Shown: one piece after another, positions 1 through 12,992 of the stretch
How positions within the stretch are numbered: position 1 is the first letter of the stretch
Layout: each line of letters begins with the position of its first letter
Assembly (NCBI GenBank): GCA_905178155.1
Contig: CAJINV010000051.1
Coordinates: 1-25,329 of the forward strand
Source of the DNA: Amoebophrya sp. A120
Taxonomy: Eukaryota; Protista; Dinoflagellata
Reading direction: 5' to 3'
Length of the DNA stretch: 25,329 nt
Program-made: the position numbers and the translations under genes
Notes under the pieces: generated by a model
What the model saw: the letters and a program-made list of their open reading frames with translations, nothing else
Told to the model about the DNA's origin: nothing
Database searches by the model: none

Positions 1-2651
1 TGCTGTCATTGTCTTCCGTGGTCGGGACCTCCTTGACTTTACTGGGGGCAGATTTTGGGATCTTGAGGGTCTTGTCGACAAGGTGGGCGGCTCCTCTTTT
101 TCCCCTAAGCAGGCAGTCCTTGGCCCCGATACCCGGTTTCGCGCTGCTATCGGCAGAATCGGAGCTATAGTTGCAAATGCCGCGAGTGCTGTGAGGTTGG
201 ATGTTTTTACTTGCGACGAAAGGCGACACTTCGCTCGACTCTTCCAGAGACTCTTGGCTCCATTTGGATTTGGCAACCTTGGCAGCTTTTTCTACTAGTT
301 TTGGGTCGGATCTCCTTTTGCCGCTGGTAGGTAGACGCCGCTGAGGCGAAGCAGGGGCAGCACGGATGCTCGCCTGAGACGGCTTGTCGTCCCGAGCGCT
401 CGCACAAGGGATCTCATCGCGCAGCTTGCTATCCTCGAATTGCGCCTTCTCGGCGTGATTGCTACTTTGTAGGTGCATCTGGAGACGTGACGCGCTGGGG
501 CAAACACGGTCGCATATCGTGCAGACCCATCCTTTTTCCGCGCGGTCGTAATAGAAGATGTCCTTGTCGTCGCAATTTCTGCACCACTGCAAAGCGCTTA
601 CGTTCCTGATATGCTTCTCGCTGCCTCGGTGCGCAGTCCTGGCGGCTTTGTCCTGCAGAGGTTTCGAACAGTCGCTACAGACCCATAAATTCTCTGACTT
701 GTCAAAGAAATAGGCTGAGTCTTCCGATATCGAAGAAGGAGAAGAAGATGAAGCAGAAGATGACGACGAGGAAGAGGAAGAATGATCCGCGATTTTGCCG
801 GGTCCGCTGGAGCTAATTAGCGGAGCGCTTGCCTCAGCGACAGAGTCCGTCCTGCGGGGAGAGTCACGAATGTCGCTATCGTCCTTTGCTGTGATAGTCG
901 ACATATGGCTCAACGTTCTCCCATCGACGACGCCTCCGTCACTTACTTTGAGTCCGACGGTCGATGGAGCGCTACGAGAGTTCTGTATCTGGTGCTCGAT
1001 ACCGAGCTGCCCGGACGCTTTGCCGCACGCGAGGTCAGGGAAGCCGCGGTGGTCGCGGCGGCTGAGTGCCGGACAGTCGTCGCCGATTATCTGATTATCG
1101 GTCGCCGTCTGGATGTGCGCCCGCATCTCAAAGTCGCTCTGTGGGGGTGGTCGTGTCTCGGGCTCGCGTGGTAGCTCGTCATGTGAAGGAAGCACCCAAT
1201 TGACTTTGTCATGCTGCTTGTCCCAGTCTGAGGCGAAGCTGAAGGATGGAAGCCTGCCTCTCACTATTCCTTCTTTTTTGAACAGTTCGAGATGGCTGCG
1301 GAGAGAGAACCCGTCACTGCTTTTTTCTTCTACCCATGCTGTTCTCTTTGATTTCCAGTAAATTACGTGGCGGAAGTCGCTCTCGCCGAATCTTAATATG
1401 GCTCGGATGCTGCCCTGTGATGCTTGTTTGAATTACAGAACTGCCGTCTAGTTCAACATCACCGCTTGTCGACGAGGCAGAGGGAGAGGACACAGGAGTG
1501 GTCGCTGTAGTACCATCAGGACGAGTAACTATCGCGACTTCATCCTCTTGGATGCCTGCTTTTTTATCGTTGTCACCCTCGTCGTCCTCCCCTTTCTCCG
1601 TCCGTGAAGAATCAAAATCGGCGGAGGAAGAAGTTCTTGCTGCAGCAGCGTTAGTACTCGAAGATGACGAGGATTCTGCCTCAGCGTCGACCGCATCGTG
1701 AAGTGCGGAATCCGCGTCTTCATCGGTAGCCATTGACGAAGCTCCTGCCCGGTTCTGCTCATCTCGCGAAGTGGCGCTATCCACAGCCTGGGACGAAGGA
1801 CGAGAGACGCCAGATTGTTCTTGTTCGGGTTGCTCCTGGTACTCCGGTTCTTCTTGTGGATCAGCAGCAATTGCAGCCCCTTCTGTCGCTCCACCCCGCC
1901 CACCGAGACGAAGGTGCTCTTCAGGTGATGAAGAAGATGAAAAGAACAATTTCTTCAAGATGTACTCGATTAGCTGCTCCGTTTCAGCACCGCCGTGGTC
2001 CTGGTCCTCTTCCCCGGTTATGATTTTTGTTCCCGTAGTTGCACAGAAACCGCCCGGGGCTTGCATGTCCGCGACCGAAAGTAGCGTGGTCGGCCGCCAC
2101 GCAAGTTTCCCAACCTTGTGCTTGACAGCGTCCCAAGAAGATAACTGCTGGCCGGCCTCGTCTTGTTGTACATCATTGTTTTGTGCTTCTTGTGCTTGTC
2201 CTCTTTGTTCGTTGTGCTCATAATTTTCCGACTTCATCCTCCCGCTCTGGGAAGTACTAAAAGCTGCATCCGTGTTCTTCGTGGAAAAACTGTTCAAGTG
2301 GAATCCGAGCTGTTTAAAATGAGGCTCCAGAACGACCAACGGCACGCAGGGGTCACTTGTGAGCTGGAGCGGCGCCCGGGTGTACTCTGGCCCGTACTCG
2401 TCAAAGTAGTGAAAGAGAAAGTCCGTCATCGGCCAAGTATCGTCGCTGATGTTCTTTTTTCGCAAAAACTCCAAGTACTGCGCCGTCGGTTTCGGAGCAA
2501 ACTTGAGGATTTCAACCCGGTTAAAACACAGCGCTTGGTACACCGTCGCCCCGGCGAAGACCCGCGTCGGTGCGAATGTGATCAGGGTGGCAAATGCGAA
2601 AAGGCGAACGACCCGTCCGGGCCAAGGAGGACTGCAACTGCTCCTCTGCAT
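1..2651 (-). CDS. Hypothetical protein with two U1/matrin-type C2H2 zinc fingers; 3' end runs off the window; two frames (2651..1431 and 1360..1) probably joined by a short intron
   Basis: ORF 1314..2723 has its first ATG at 2651, followed by a hydrophobic stretch (VVRLFAFATLITFA). A second minus frame, absent from the ORF track because it has no stop, is open from 1432 to the window edge. It encodes WVCSDCSKPLQDKAARTAHRGSEKH (611-686) and WVCTICDRVCPSASRLQMHLQSSNH (455-529). The junction is uncertain, and these could be two genes (alternative ATG at 1126). Confidence 0.65.
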
Positions 2652-3675
2652 TTTCTTTGTGGAGAATGCAACTACTTCTCGTGCGGATGTACTTTCATAC
2701 TTCTCCAGCGGCAAGTTCGACAATTTCTTGGTAATTCAACTTCTAAACTCAAACTGGCTGAATTTCGCGAAAATCATTTTTTTTTCAAAGCGTCACAGTC
2801 AGGGCAGTAAATGCAGCATATATGCCTGTGGGCGATCAATCACAAAAGGTTCCTCTAGTTCTAATTCTAAACTAACTTGTGTTTGTGAAAACCACAGGAG
2901 ATATACGAAGACGACATAATTACAAACCCGCCCCGGACTCCCTTTTGCTTCATCATCTCATCTCTTCACGATCTACTTACTACGAAGAACATGCGACATC
3001 CGAGAAGGAGTTGCCCCTTTTGGTTTTGCCTTGAGCGACAGACTACCTGACGATTTGCCTCGCTCCCACGACACCATGACCCGGCCCCTTCGAAATCGAA
3101 GGGAAATCAACAATTCGCTCCCGCCTGGGCGGGTGCAAACTATGTATAATTTCATGCTTGCTAAAAAGCGGCAAGTGTAACACGGAACCGCCGCTGTAAA
3201 ATTTTGAAAACAGCGCACTCGTCGGCGCAGGAGCATCACGAGCTTCGATGGCTTTACTGCACATCAGTAGAAGAAAAAGCTTTACAACCCACGTCGCGAC
3301 CGAATCCTGTATCAGGGGTGTGATAAAAAATCCAATGTAAGAAAATCAAGCCCACGTTCTCCGTGTGTACAGCACGTAGCGGTGTACTTACATTTCAGAA
3401 ACACTTCCTTAGTCGCTCGCATACAGTATACGAACGGCAAGTCGTGTCTCCGACGCCATCATCGTTGAATAACGAGCGACAGCTTGATTTTAAGCACTAT
3501 AAATCAACCAAAAAAAAGCAATTACGCGTGTCCCCGTGACAATGTCAAAGTTTTTCTTCCAATATCAACCGTACCGCCGTGATTCGCGAACTACACAATG
3601 CGAAAAACAACGGTATCCTTCGGGCTTTCAAAAAAATGCAAACATCATGAGTCCAAAATTGCAAATAACTTCGTA

Positions 3676-6600
3676 CTACGCCATGCCGCCGCTATTCGAA
3701 GTAGAAGAGCGTAGGTATGCGGTTGCCGCGGCCGCAAGCGATAATGTCGTTAGCCCGCCAAACATATTTTTGCGATCCCGAAGCTTGTCGAACGCGGACG
3801 TAGTCGTCCTCGCAGGGAGATGTTCTCGTTCTTGCAGCTCCGCCTACAGATAAAGATTTCAGTGAGAGAAGTACTTCTAATTTTCTTCATCTTGTCTCGC
3901 AATACAATACTAGTACACGCGGGCGGATTCGAGCTCGACAGACAAAAAAATTGCAAAGTAGATGTTTCCTTCCCGTCTTCTACTTGTTCCAACAAGAACC
4001 GATAAAAATTCTCGTACCTGATCTCCTTCTTCTCCCACCTCCTCAGGAGGATTATTGCCTCGTCCGCGACGACTGATCATTTCAGTGACAGCACTGTGGA
4101 CATCGGATTCACTCCCACCTTCACGGCGAGCGGTTCCGAGTTTATCAGGCGCTTCGTGCGGAGAATCAACTTCGTTGCTGCTCAACATCATCTTGTGGTC
4201 GACGAACATGTCAACATCCGGAGAGTCCCCGGCGAGAACCTTGCTGTCGTGCGCGAAGAGCTCCGCCCCTTTTGTTTCTTTTGCGTGGTCCTCACCCGGT
4301 AATAAGATGTTGGTCCACGCAGTAGAAGTAGAGAAAGATCCCGAGGAACTACTCCCGTCATGCTCTGGTATTATCGAACAGCTCTTGCATGACGCTCCTC
4401 TAGTAAACATACCGCTATCTACCACGCCATTCTGCAAACAGAGTTGCTCCAACCCTGCACACAGGAGCAAAACTCCGGCCGTCACACACGGACGCCGGGC
4501 GAGGGGGGCGGCCGTGGATAAGTGGTCCTTCCACAATTTTCGCAGTACGCCACTTTTGCTGGTCGCGACGTGAAAGAGATCTTCGTCTTCGTCGGTAGGG
4601 TCTTCGACAACTACAGGATCCGCATGTGTTTCACTTTCATCTGCTGCACCGTCGAGTTGCATAATTTCCGATGCGCTCTGGCAGCTACTTCTTTCTTCAT
4701 TTACGCACGAGCGGTCGTGCGGCTGCACAAAGAACGGTAACAAGTCGTCTGTTGGAGAAGATTCGGATTTTTCGCGAAGGTAGAGTGGTGCTGTAGCAGG
4801 AGCTCTGCTAGTCGTGCAAGAAGTAGAACAGCCTGTTCTACTTGGTTCGTCAGCATCAGAATCCTCCTGTTGTAACACGTCCTCGCCGCTGTTGTTGTCA
4901 TTCACATTTTTAGATTGTTCCCCAGCAGATGCGTTCTTCTCGACGTCACCCGACTGCTTGTTGCAACCGGAAAAGACGTTAGACACGTCGTCCGACTCCC
5001 GCATCTCCTCAGAGACTTCGGAATCCTCCGTGTCCTCTTCGTTGCTGGAACATGAAGATGCAGATGACGATCCTTGTGTCGTGCAGGCCTGATTTCTTGT
5101 AACAAAACGAGCTACCGCGTTTGGCACTCTTCTTGTTCTCCTCTGTTCTTGCGCTGGTACGCCGTACCAAATTTCGGAAGCTCCTGCAGCTCCTTCCTCG
5201 CTACTTGCCTCCAACGAGGACCCAGGCCACGACTTCCTTGTGGTTCCCCCCGGGGAGAGACTGGTCAGGTAGAACTGCGGAGAGGAATCAGAGTCATCAT
5301 CTGGACGACTTGAAGATCTTTTTCTCATCCCAGTCGTCTCGTCATCATCCTTTTCTATTCCCTCGTTTCGCGGCACAACTTCTACTTCAACTTCATGAGG
5401 TAGCTTTACTAATTTGTTCACTGAAGATGTACAGCTCATCTGAGGTGGACGTTGCTCTTCTTGTTTCATCTCATCTTCTTCTTGATTGTGTTGTACTAGT
5501 GGCGACAATTCCAGCGGCTTAAACCCAGCTGCTTCTGGCAGGAGTTTCGGCACGGGCATCCCGCTCTCCTCGAGGTACTGCCGAAGTGCAGCCGGTTGTT
5601 GAGCGCCGAAGTAAGGGCACCAGGAAGATGCTGTTACTGTCTTTGTTTTCGACAACTCAGCGTCTATTCCACCTGCAGTCAGTGGCATTCCCTGCTGCTG
5701 TTCTTCCTGCTCAGCTATATGATCAGCTCGCTGTCGTTCTTTCTCCTCGACAACGGCATCTCTTGCGAGTCTCGCACACAGTTTGTCGTACTTCTTCGTC
5801 GTCGAAATTCTGTGCGGGTTGTTTAACTCGCCGAGGATTTGCTCCATCTTTCTGACTTGTTCCTTATGCATTAGAAGTATCTGTCGGGGTCTGGAAGGAC
5901 GCAACTTGTGATGCGTTCTGTTCTACTGCGTTACATGTACATGACTGCCAAAAGATCCCCACGAATCATGTCGCTCGAGTTTAAAAATGAGGGGACACTT
6001 CTCCTCGTCATGCAGGGTAGGCTTAGGCATTGCAAGGACCTTGCAGAATCTGTGATGCTAGTTTCCAAGTCGAGACGGAGACCTCATCACATGATGTACA
6101 TGTATGGAAAATCTGCATGGCAACATTTTCCACTCTTCCAGGCCCAGACATGTTTGCAATGCATACTCCTCCATCATTGCCAATTTCAAGTCCTCGCCCA
6201 GCCCTTCCACTTCCCCGCCCGCGTGCTGCTGTTCGCAGGAAGCTGATAGTAACTCCTCTTCGCCGCCCGCAGGATCGTTCTTGCTTATGTGGTCCTGGCC
6301 CGACGACGTCATCGTAGAAGTCGTCGCAAGATTTAGCAACGCCGATAAAGATGAGCCTCCTGCACCTGCTCCCGAACACGACTCTGAAGGACGAAGGGCC
6401 TTTTCATCTGTTCTCGATGAAAAGCTGCTGGTGCTGGCGCTGCAGGACCAGCAGTCAGCATCTTCCTTAACTTCTTCGCCACGACGAGCTTCTGTTTTCC
6501 TTTGCGACAAGCGCCGGAAAGAAGCACCCATTCTCTTTCTCTGTCGCCGGTCGTGCTCCTCCTGCTCGCTCAACGTCGGATCCTCAATGATCATTGAGCT

Positions 6601-7830
6601 CGTGGATCTTCGCTCAAGGTTGTAGTTGGATCTGCGTTCTTGCACCAAAAACGGAAGAGATACGAGTTCGGAAGATCTTTTCGTACTTCTAGATGCCGCG
6701 GCTGCGTCTTCGGAAGTGGTGACCTTGTCCTCGTTGAGGTGAAATAGAGACCCAGAGCTTGACGATGAACTTGATGAGGCTGCGGATCCAGAGCCTGGAC
6801 GACCCGACGTGGTGAAGAGGGCCGTTGAATCTTTTGAATTCTGCTTCATCTCGTAGTTGTCGTGATCACAAAGACAATTTTCGTCCGCTGCGGTAGCCGC
6901 AGTAGCAGTTGTGATCGGTTTTCTTGCTACTTTATCATTTCCCAATTGGTCTTGGTGTGGTCCACAGACGGGGGCACAATGAGAATGACCAAGGTGCGCT
7001 TTTTCAACATCCGCCGCGGCCCCACGCTCCTGGCCATGATCGGGAGGCAGCTCTCCACCTGCTGCGAGCGAAGTGGAGGAAATGGAACCACCCGATGTGG
7101 ACGATGCAATTGAGGACCGCGAAGATCCAGGAGTGTCGCCATCGACGATGAAAAATGGAGCCTGGTCTAGTACCTCTTTACTCGTATAATTTATTTCTCG
7201 GCCAGGATAATGAGCATCTTTCTTCTTTTTCTGTGAAAGCAACTGGTGTAGCCCCGCTTCTTCATCTTCCTCATCCTCGTCGTCTTCTGCGCTCCGCGAT
7301 GCCCTCGGACCTCCTGGCGCGGTCCCACAACTGCTAGTATTGCAGTTTTTCGTGGTTTTCATTTTCAGTACTGCTTGTTTGGTCGGCTGATCCAAATCGA
7401 AAAGTCGCTCGATGCTCTCCAATCGACGATGTTGGCCGCCGGTAGTTGCAGCTGCAGAAGACGACGGCGAAACTGGAGTTGTAGTGCCTTGTGCTTGCAC
7501 TCCTGCTGTGCGCCCATCCACGTTTTGGTTTTGTCGTGGACTGGTGGACATGGACTTCATCACTTTCATAAGTGCGACACCTGCGTCTAGCCGCGCTGCA
7601 ACCGCGAGGAAGAGCAAAGCAGCAGCGCGCCGCGTCGTCGTGGTGGCATGGGAGACTTTTCTGGACGTGTTCTTAGTACTAGTGAAAATGGCATCCCACC
7701 GGCTTTGCTCCACCTCCCGTCCGCTGTTAATGCGGAAAGAGCTTCGCGCGCTGTCTTCGTTGTCGGCGCCTGGCGCGCTCAACATCTTCATCCCTGGTGC
7801 ATGTTGCGGCATGATCTTTCTTGATTTCAT
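3676..7830 (-). CDS. Hypothetical low-complexity (S/E/D/A/T-rich) protein, ~1224 aa; exons 7830..6166, 5859..4018, 3843..3676
   Basis: ORFs 6058..7995 and 3910..5904 join in frame (LKLAMMEE|QVRKMEQ) when 5860..6165 is removed. First ATG is at 7830. A GT-AG intron at 3844..4017 adds the terminal exon AELQEREHL...GGMA*. No recognisable domain. Confidence 0.7.
3844..4017 (-). other. Putative canonical GT-AG intron (174 nt)
   Basis: Donor CAG|GTACGA, acceptor TTTATCTGTAG|GCG, phase 0. It removes the in-frame stop at 3910 and leads into a 56-codon open exon. Confidence 0.5.
5865..6165. mobile_element. Introner/MITE-like element G (301 bp); intron 5860..6165
   Basis: Ends TATGCATT...GGGTCTGGAA and TTCCAGGCCCAGACA...AATGCATA; flanking repeats TTCCT/CTCCT. 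Removal restores the frame, and no GT-AG register exists. Confidence 0.9.
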
Positions 7831-9831
7831 TTTCTGCACTAGCGAATCACAAATATAGGACGAAATTCCAAAAAATTCTAACTCTATTACCGAGCTATCT
7901 ATTCTTTCGCGAACGAAAAGACAAATTTCATCCAACAGAGAGAGAAACCAGAAAATATTTTTTTTACTAGGGTAGTTTGCAAGAAACGTCAACACAAATA
8001 GTTCGTGTTCGATCGAATCGTCGAGAAAAAAATAAAATCATGCAAGACCAAGATCTTCTATAATTAGCTCTTTGCTTTCCAACGTTGCATACGTCCAAAT
8101 GACCACAATGAGGCATAGCAGCTGTTCTGGTACTATTGGTTATTTGGGCTGATCGAACGGCAGAAGTTTTCAGACGAAGTGAAAAATTGCAATGAGTTTT
8201 CTACTACCTTCAGATCATCATGTCGACCTCGAATGGAACAAGCAGGAAAAGGGAACAGCAAAAAAACCGCAGATCATGCACATGAACGAAAAACAAAGAC
8301 AGACAAATCAAAAAAAGATTCGACATCTTTTCCTGCATCATGTTGGTTTATGTGGTCTTGCTGTCGTGGGGCACCATGTCGCTGCAGAGGGGAAACACAA
8401 GTGCAGCACGGCACACAATTCATCTCTTCGGATCCTCAATCAGCAAAACCCATTAAAAATTGTAAAACTGTCACCAGAACCAGGCCGCAACAAGCTGCGA
8501 CGCTTTCTTTTCTTTGAACGTATTCAACAGCAAGAGATGGCTCATAGTGTACGAGTCGTGAACAAGAATCGCGGGCGAGAACGACCTTCGTCAGAGCTAG
8601 GTCATGTACATGGGTGTGCTGACCACGCTAAGATAAAAAATACCCTTTCGTTTCTTCACTTCTTCTCGACTTTGTCTTCTGGTTGATGTGACCGCAACGA
8701 GGCCGAGGTGTTCTATCTTGAGACCACAGGTGATCCACCTATGATTTTTCCGGGATGAATTGCTCGCGTTGCGGTTGCTTGTTCGGAATAATCACATCTT
8801 GGCTCAGGCACAATCAGAAGATTCTTGTAGGTGTATTATCTACTTGTTCTTGGAGTGAAGCTGATAAATTGGCGTGCTGGGTATTGATTTCTACCTTCAT
8901 CTTGTAGGTGTATTTCACAATCACAGGGAATTTCGAAGTGCTTTCAAACACTTCTACAAACTCAACCTGCAATTAATAACTTCCGACACTCTGTTCTTGA
9001 TGAAACAAGCAATGATAGGGCTCAAGCTCTAGAAAATAAGAGGGATCAAACAACATCGAGCATGCATCACTTTATCATATTAAAGGTGGTCTGCTATTCT
9101 TGCTTCCTTATCAGGTAGTTTTCGTCAACTCCCAACTCGGTTTTCAAAATTCTGCTCCGTGAAATCGACCTGCTTTGGGTCGTTGTAATTTGCTTCGCGC
9201 GCCCAAATTCACACCACAGTACTTTCGAAACTGAGTGGAGGCGGGGGCCAAACTTGCAGAGTTGTAGGGAGAGAAGACTAAGTTGTAGTTGAAGACTTGT
9301 GTAGTTGTTTTGCAGCGACAAGAAGTAGGCAGCGGTGATGCAGGAACCGGCCCGCCTCGAGTAACCTGCCTCACTGCAAAAGAAACCCGGCGGATAAAGA
9401 CCTGGTCCTGGGCTGCCTACTTACTTAGTCGTGAAAAGTAGTATCATTTTTCGTACACAACAGTTGTCCTACTTACGAAGTCGCTACTGCAACTCCATAA
9501 CCTAGGAAGGGGAAGCTGCAAAGTGCTGGTACAACATTCTCGTGGACTCAATCATCTGCACAAGGATCTAACACTGTAGGCCGATCGAAAACTACATCCG
9601 CGAGCTTCACGATAACGATCTATTCACGGATTAGTTTTAGTGACTCAATCGCTTCATCGAATGAGTTAGTTTGTGAAGATTAGTACTGGAGGATGATGAT
9701 GCTGAAGTTTAGTATTCGCAGAACTACAGTAAAGAGGACGGTTTTGACCAAGTTCGAGTGAAGTCCCACCAGGAGCCGAGCGTGGTCTCAAAGAATAAGA
9801 ATCTGATCTACTGCCCAACTCTGCATGATTC

Positions 9832-11735
9832 TTAAATCTGCGTCATGTAGATCAGGGGCCCGAAGAACCGCATACCGTCCGTCAGGCTCCAGTACGACTC
9901 GCTGGCCTCCTGTTTCTGCAGGGATTTCAAGCTCAGAGACACCAGCTCGTTGACTTCCACCTTGTCCAGTTGCATCTCGGGCACACCGAAGCCGCTGCCG
10001 CTCACGCAGGTCAGGTACGTACCTTCCGGCCACGCGGTCTCGCCGTTATTCTGGACAAGCAACTCCACGTCGATCGGCGCTTCCGCACGGAGAACACCTA
10101 AGTAGGTGGTCGTGTGAAGGATTTATTTAATTTTGTGCGTTTCATCGCTGCACCAAACACGACGAAAAAAAGCTAAGGAGCGGCCCTGCGCTCGGAAAAA
10201 ATCGAAAAAATGCAAATAGATGAAAAAGAAATACAACGAAAAAACGCATAGTTTTCTAGTATTTTTATACCAATGCAGTAGGTGTCCTTTTCGCATACCG
10301 GTTCGTCGTCCTTCTGTGGCGTTTTCAGTAGGTTCCCGCTGGGGCACTTCACGTGGCAGCCTACGACCTCTGCGTTCTTTTTCTCAGCGTTCTTTTCCTC
10401 CTGATGTTCGCCTGAGGAGCAGGATCTCGCAGCCGGCATGAACGGAAAGTCCACCCCGTCCGAGTCCTCCTCGCAAATCGAAAACTCGTCCGCCGTCGCC
10501 GGCTCGGGCTCGTTGTCGTGCTCCGAGCAAAAGGAAAACTCGTCTTCGGTCAGAAAAGCGCTGGCGTCCGAAACCAGGACCAGTTCGCCTGAGAGGATTT
10601 TGCGTTCGCTCTTTGTTTTTTTCTATATTCTTGTCCTTGTGCACGTCTTCAGTGCATATTAACGGCAATGGAAGCTGAAGGAGAAAAACAAGTTCACGGA
10701 ACGAAGAGCCCCTGAGTGTATCGATCAGCGTTGCAACGAGTCCTCCGGCGCAAGATGAACTTCAACTTCTAGTGCAGCGAGTAAAAAGAAGCACATGATC
10801 ACTGCACCAGATCATCATAGATCCTACTAGAAGCACCAAACGAAACAACGTGTTCTTTTCATGCGGGTCAATGTCGATCGCAGTTGCAGGGTTTTCATCA
10901 TCATATCTTTTTTATTTATTCAAAAGTATGGCACAAAGTAGTACCGTCGCTCGTCTCCGCAATGGCCAAATCCCGATTGTACTCTTCGAACTGGCCCGCC
11001 AACAGGTCTCGCAGAGCTTTCAACAGCTCCGCGTGGTCTTCTTCCGTTTCCACGCCCAAGTGCAGGCGTATGAGAATGCCCAACTGAAAACTCCGCGTCG
11101 GCCCGCATTTTTCAAAATGCATGCTGATGTTGAGCAGCAACTACACAAAAGGAGACAGCAGAAGTGAAGCTTCTAGCTACTGTATGTAGAAACTTAAACG
11201 ACATGATGGACTGCAGTGCTGTTTTCAGCTTGGTGTGTTCTTGTGGAACTTCTCATGCAAAAAGTCGTGCTCAACGAGACAGCAACAGGAACAGCCTGTG
11301 GCTTTTTGTCTTTGCATGACAAATGAGGGGCAGCAGGGGGAGTTCTTGTGTTGTGCACTCTCGTAAGCTCCCTTACCCCGTCGAACAACACATTGGTCAG
11401 GTGGTTGTAGGTAATCGGCTGTGTGTAGTCCTCCACCAAGTAGTGCGCCGAGTTACCAAATGTAAAGATGGTCACGGAGTCAGACCTATCCTGTGCAAAG
11501 GCATCGCAGTCGCACTAACACTAATATACTTAAATCGCATTCGCAAATACAAGTTTCCTCTGCGTCGTGAGAATTCATGCGGATTTAGATTTACCTTGAC
11601 AAAGGGATTTTCACATATATGACTACGATCAGTAGTACGAGTGCGGTTGCGGTACTTTTGCAATGCATAAGACCCTGCCGGCTTGGTCAAGGTCACGACG
11701 TTTCCGTCGCTGTCCGGAAACTCGACGGCAGACAT
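9832..11735 (-). CDS. NBR1/ILRUN-type FW (Ig-like) domain protein, ~269 aa; exons 11735..11670, 11481..11377, 11140..10945, 10588..10412, 10097..9832
   Basis: The C-terminal VQNNGETAWPEGTYLTCVSG...SYWSLTDGMRFFGPLIY resembles the FW-domain pattern (N.G...WP, W, FG). The exons total 810 nt with consistent phases. The spliced SDGELVLVSD weakly resembles a PB1 acidic motif. Confidence 0.75.
10098..10411 (-). other. Putative GC-AG intron (314 nt)
   Basis: Donor TCAG|GCGAAC, acceptor CTACTTAG|GT, phase 1. It joins RSCSSG to VLRAEAPIDVELLVQNNG. The donor choice is less certain than the acceptor. Confidence 0.55.
10589..10944 (-). other. GT-AG intron (356 nt)
   Basis: Donor GACG|GTACTA, acceptor CTCTCAG|GC, phase 1. 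It gives ETSDGELVLVSD. Confidence 0.65.
11141..11376 (-). other. GT-AG intron (236 nt)
   Basis: Donor GGG|GTAAGG, acceptor with pyrimidine tract CTGTCTCCTTTTGTGTAG|TTG, phase 0. Confidence 0.7.
11487..11669. mobile_element. Introner/MITE-like element H (183 bp); 188-nt intron
   Basis: TIR TATCCTGTGCAAAGGCATCGCAGTCGCACT versus TATGCATTGCAAAAGTACCGCAACCGCACT (reverse complement of the right end). Perfect AGACC repeat at 11482-86 and 11670-74. Removal joins TKPAGS|DSVTIF in frame. Confidence 0.9.
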
Positions 11736-12992
11736 TGTTTCTCCTTATTCTTGTTTCGGTCAATTTTTGTCAAATTTCAGCACCCTGCAACCGGTTCTAC
11801 CGATTTATTACAAGTTCTTTTTGCGGATCGATAATGGAAAAAAGAAAAACTGCTTTAACTCTGTTTAAAAATATTTCAGCTTCGGTTCCGGTTCTGATTG
11901 TGGGCTCGATGCAACTGCACCGTTTTTTAAAAGAGGACTGGACGCTCTGTGTAAGAATGGTTCATACAAATGAGCTAGCAAAGCTTCCGCTCTGATACTG
12001 ATACTAGAGCTAAAGATGTAGTACCTCGGGTTGATTGTTTTTATACGGGAATTTTTTTAGACTCTACGAATACAAAAACGAAAACTCTGCAAAGCCATGC
12101 ATATCAATGCATTGACTAGGACGATAACAAAATCGATGGTTTAATACCTTGTTAGTATTCAAGGGGGATAGAGGCCATGGAGGTCCTCGTCTTCCGTAGT
12201 CCCTACCAGAAGGATTTTCTTTCACCCCTGAAGTTTGTGAAAAAAGACATTTGTTTTTCGTACGGCGGGCAGATAGAGTAAAAAATCGCGTTTTATCTAC
12301 TTGTCATGTCCCTCATCTTGCAATCCGAATGAAATCCTCTTTATGCAGCAGCGCTTTACCATGCTTCAAGGACGAACAACACCGATTCAAAAATGCTACT
12401 CGCCTTCAATTGTCAGGAAAGACGGTGGGACTGAGCAGACCAGCAGCAACACTCGTGTCCATTTGTCCATGAAAGACACCGACAAAAATTTATTTATCAC
12501 TCACAGATGGCTGGGCTCGAGATCACTCAAGGTTAAGAAGTCCAACTCCCACGACAACACAAGCTTAGAGTTAGATGACATCAGCTATCACTCAAGAGAG
12601 ATTTGTGAAGACTTGTGACCGAGCCCGATGCATTTGCTGCAGCCGAGGTGTTCGTCTCTCAATTATCGCAGCCGCAGGATGTGCAAAATTGCTCGACAGC
12701 AAAAATTAATATCCTGAAGAACATCACGAAGGCTATGTTGAGTTGTCTTTTCGCATTTATTATTGTAGCAGGATGATTACAACTTCTTCTGCCGCTGCGC
12801 CTGCGACGTTGCATCCTGATTACAACTTGAACTTCCCTGCATTTTTACAAGTTCCAAAAGAAGCTGCTTTTTTCGTGTCATAACCTTTACAACAGTGATG
12901 CGCGTTAGGAGCGGAGCAGTGGTCCGCCTCGTTCTTTTCATTCATCCTCTGAGCCTCTAAAACAACCTCATGCAGCTGGTGCTCACAAGTCG

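Noticed and set aside
8179-8770. Plus ORF 8192..8686, and short matches (TGTGACCG, GCCGAGGTGTTC, AATTGCTCG) shared with 12614-12695
   Set aside because: No recognisable protein, and the matches are too short to call a repeat without an alignment.
8823-8914. 15-bp direct repeat TCTTGTAGGTGTATT, two copies 77 nt apart
   Set aside because: Only two copies in a eukaryotic context; not a CRISPR array and no associated TIR.
9019-9028. GGCTCAAG resembling the end of the dinoflagellate spliced leader
   Set aside because: Only 8 nt match, on the wrong strand relative to the genes and not next to a start.
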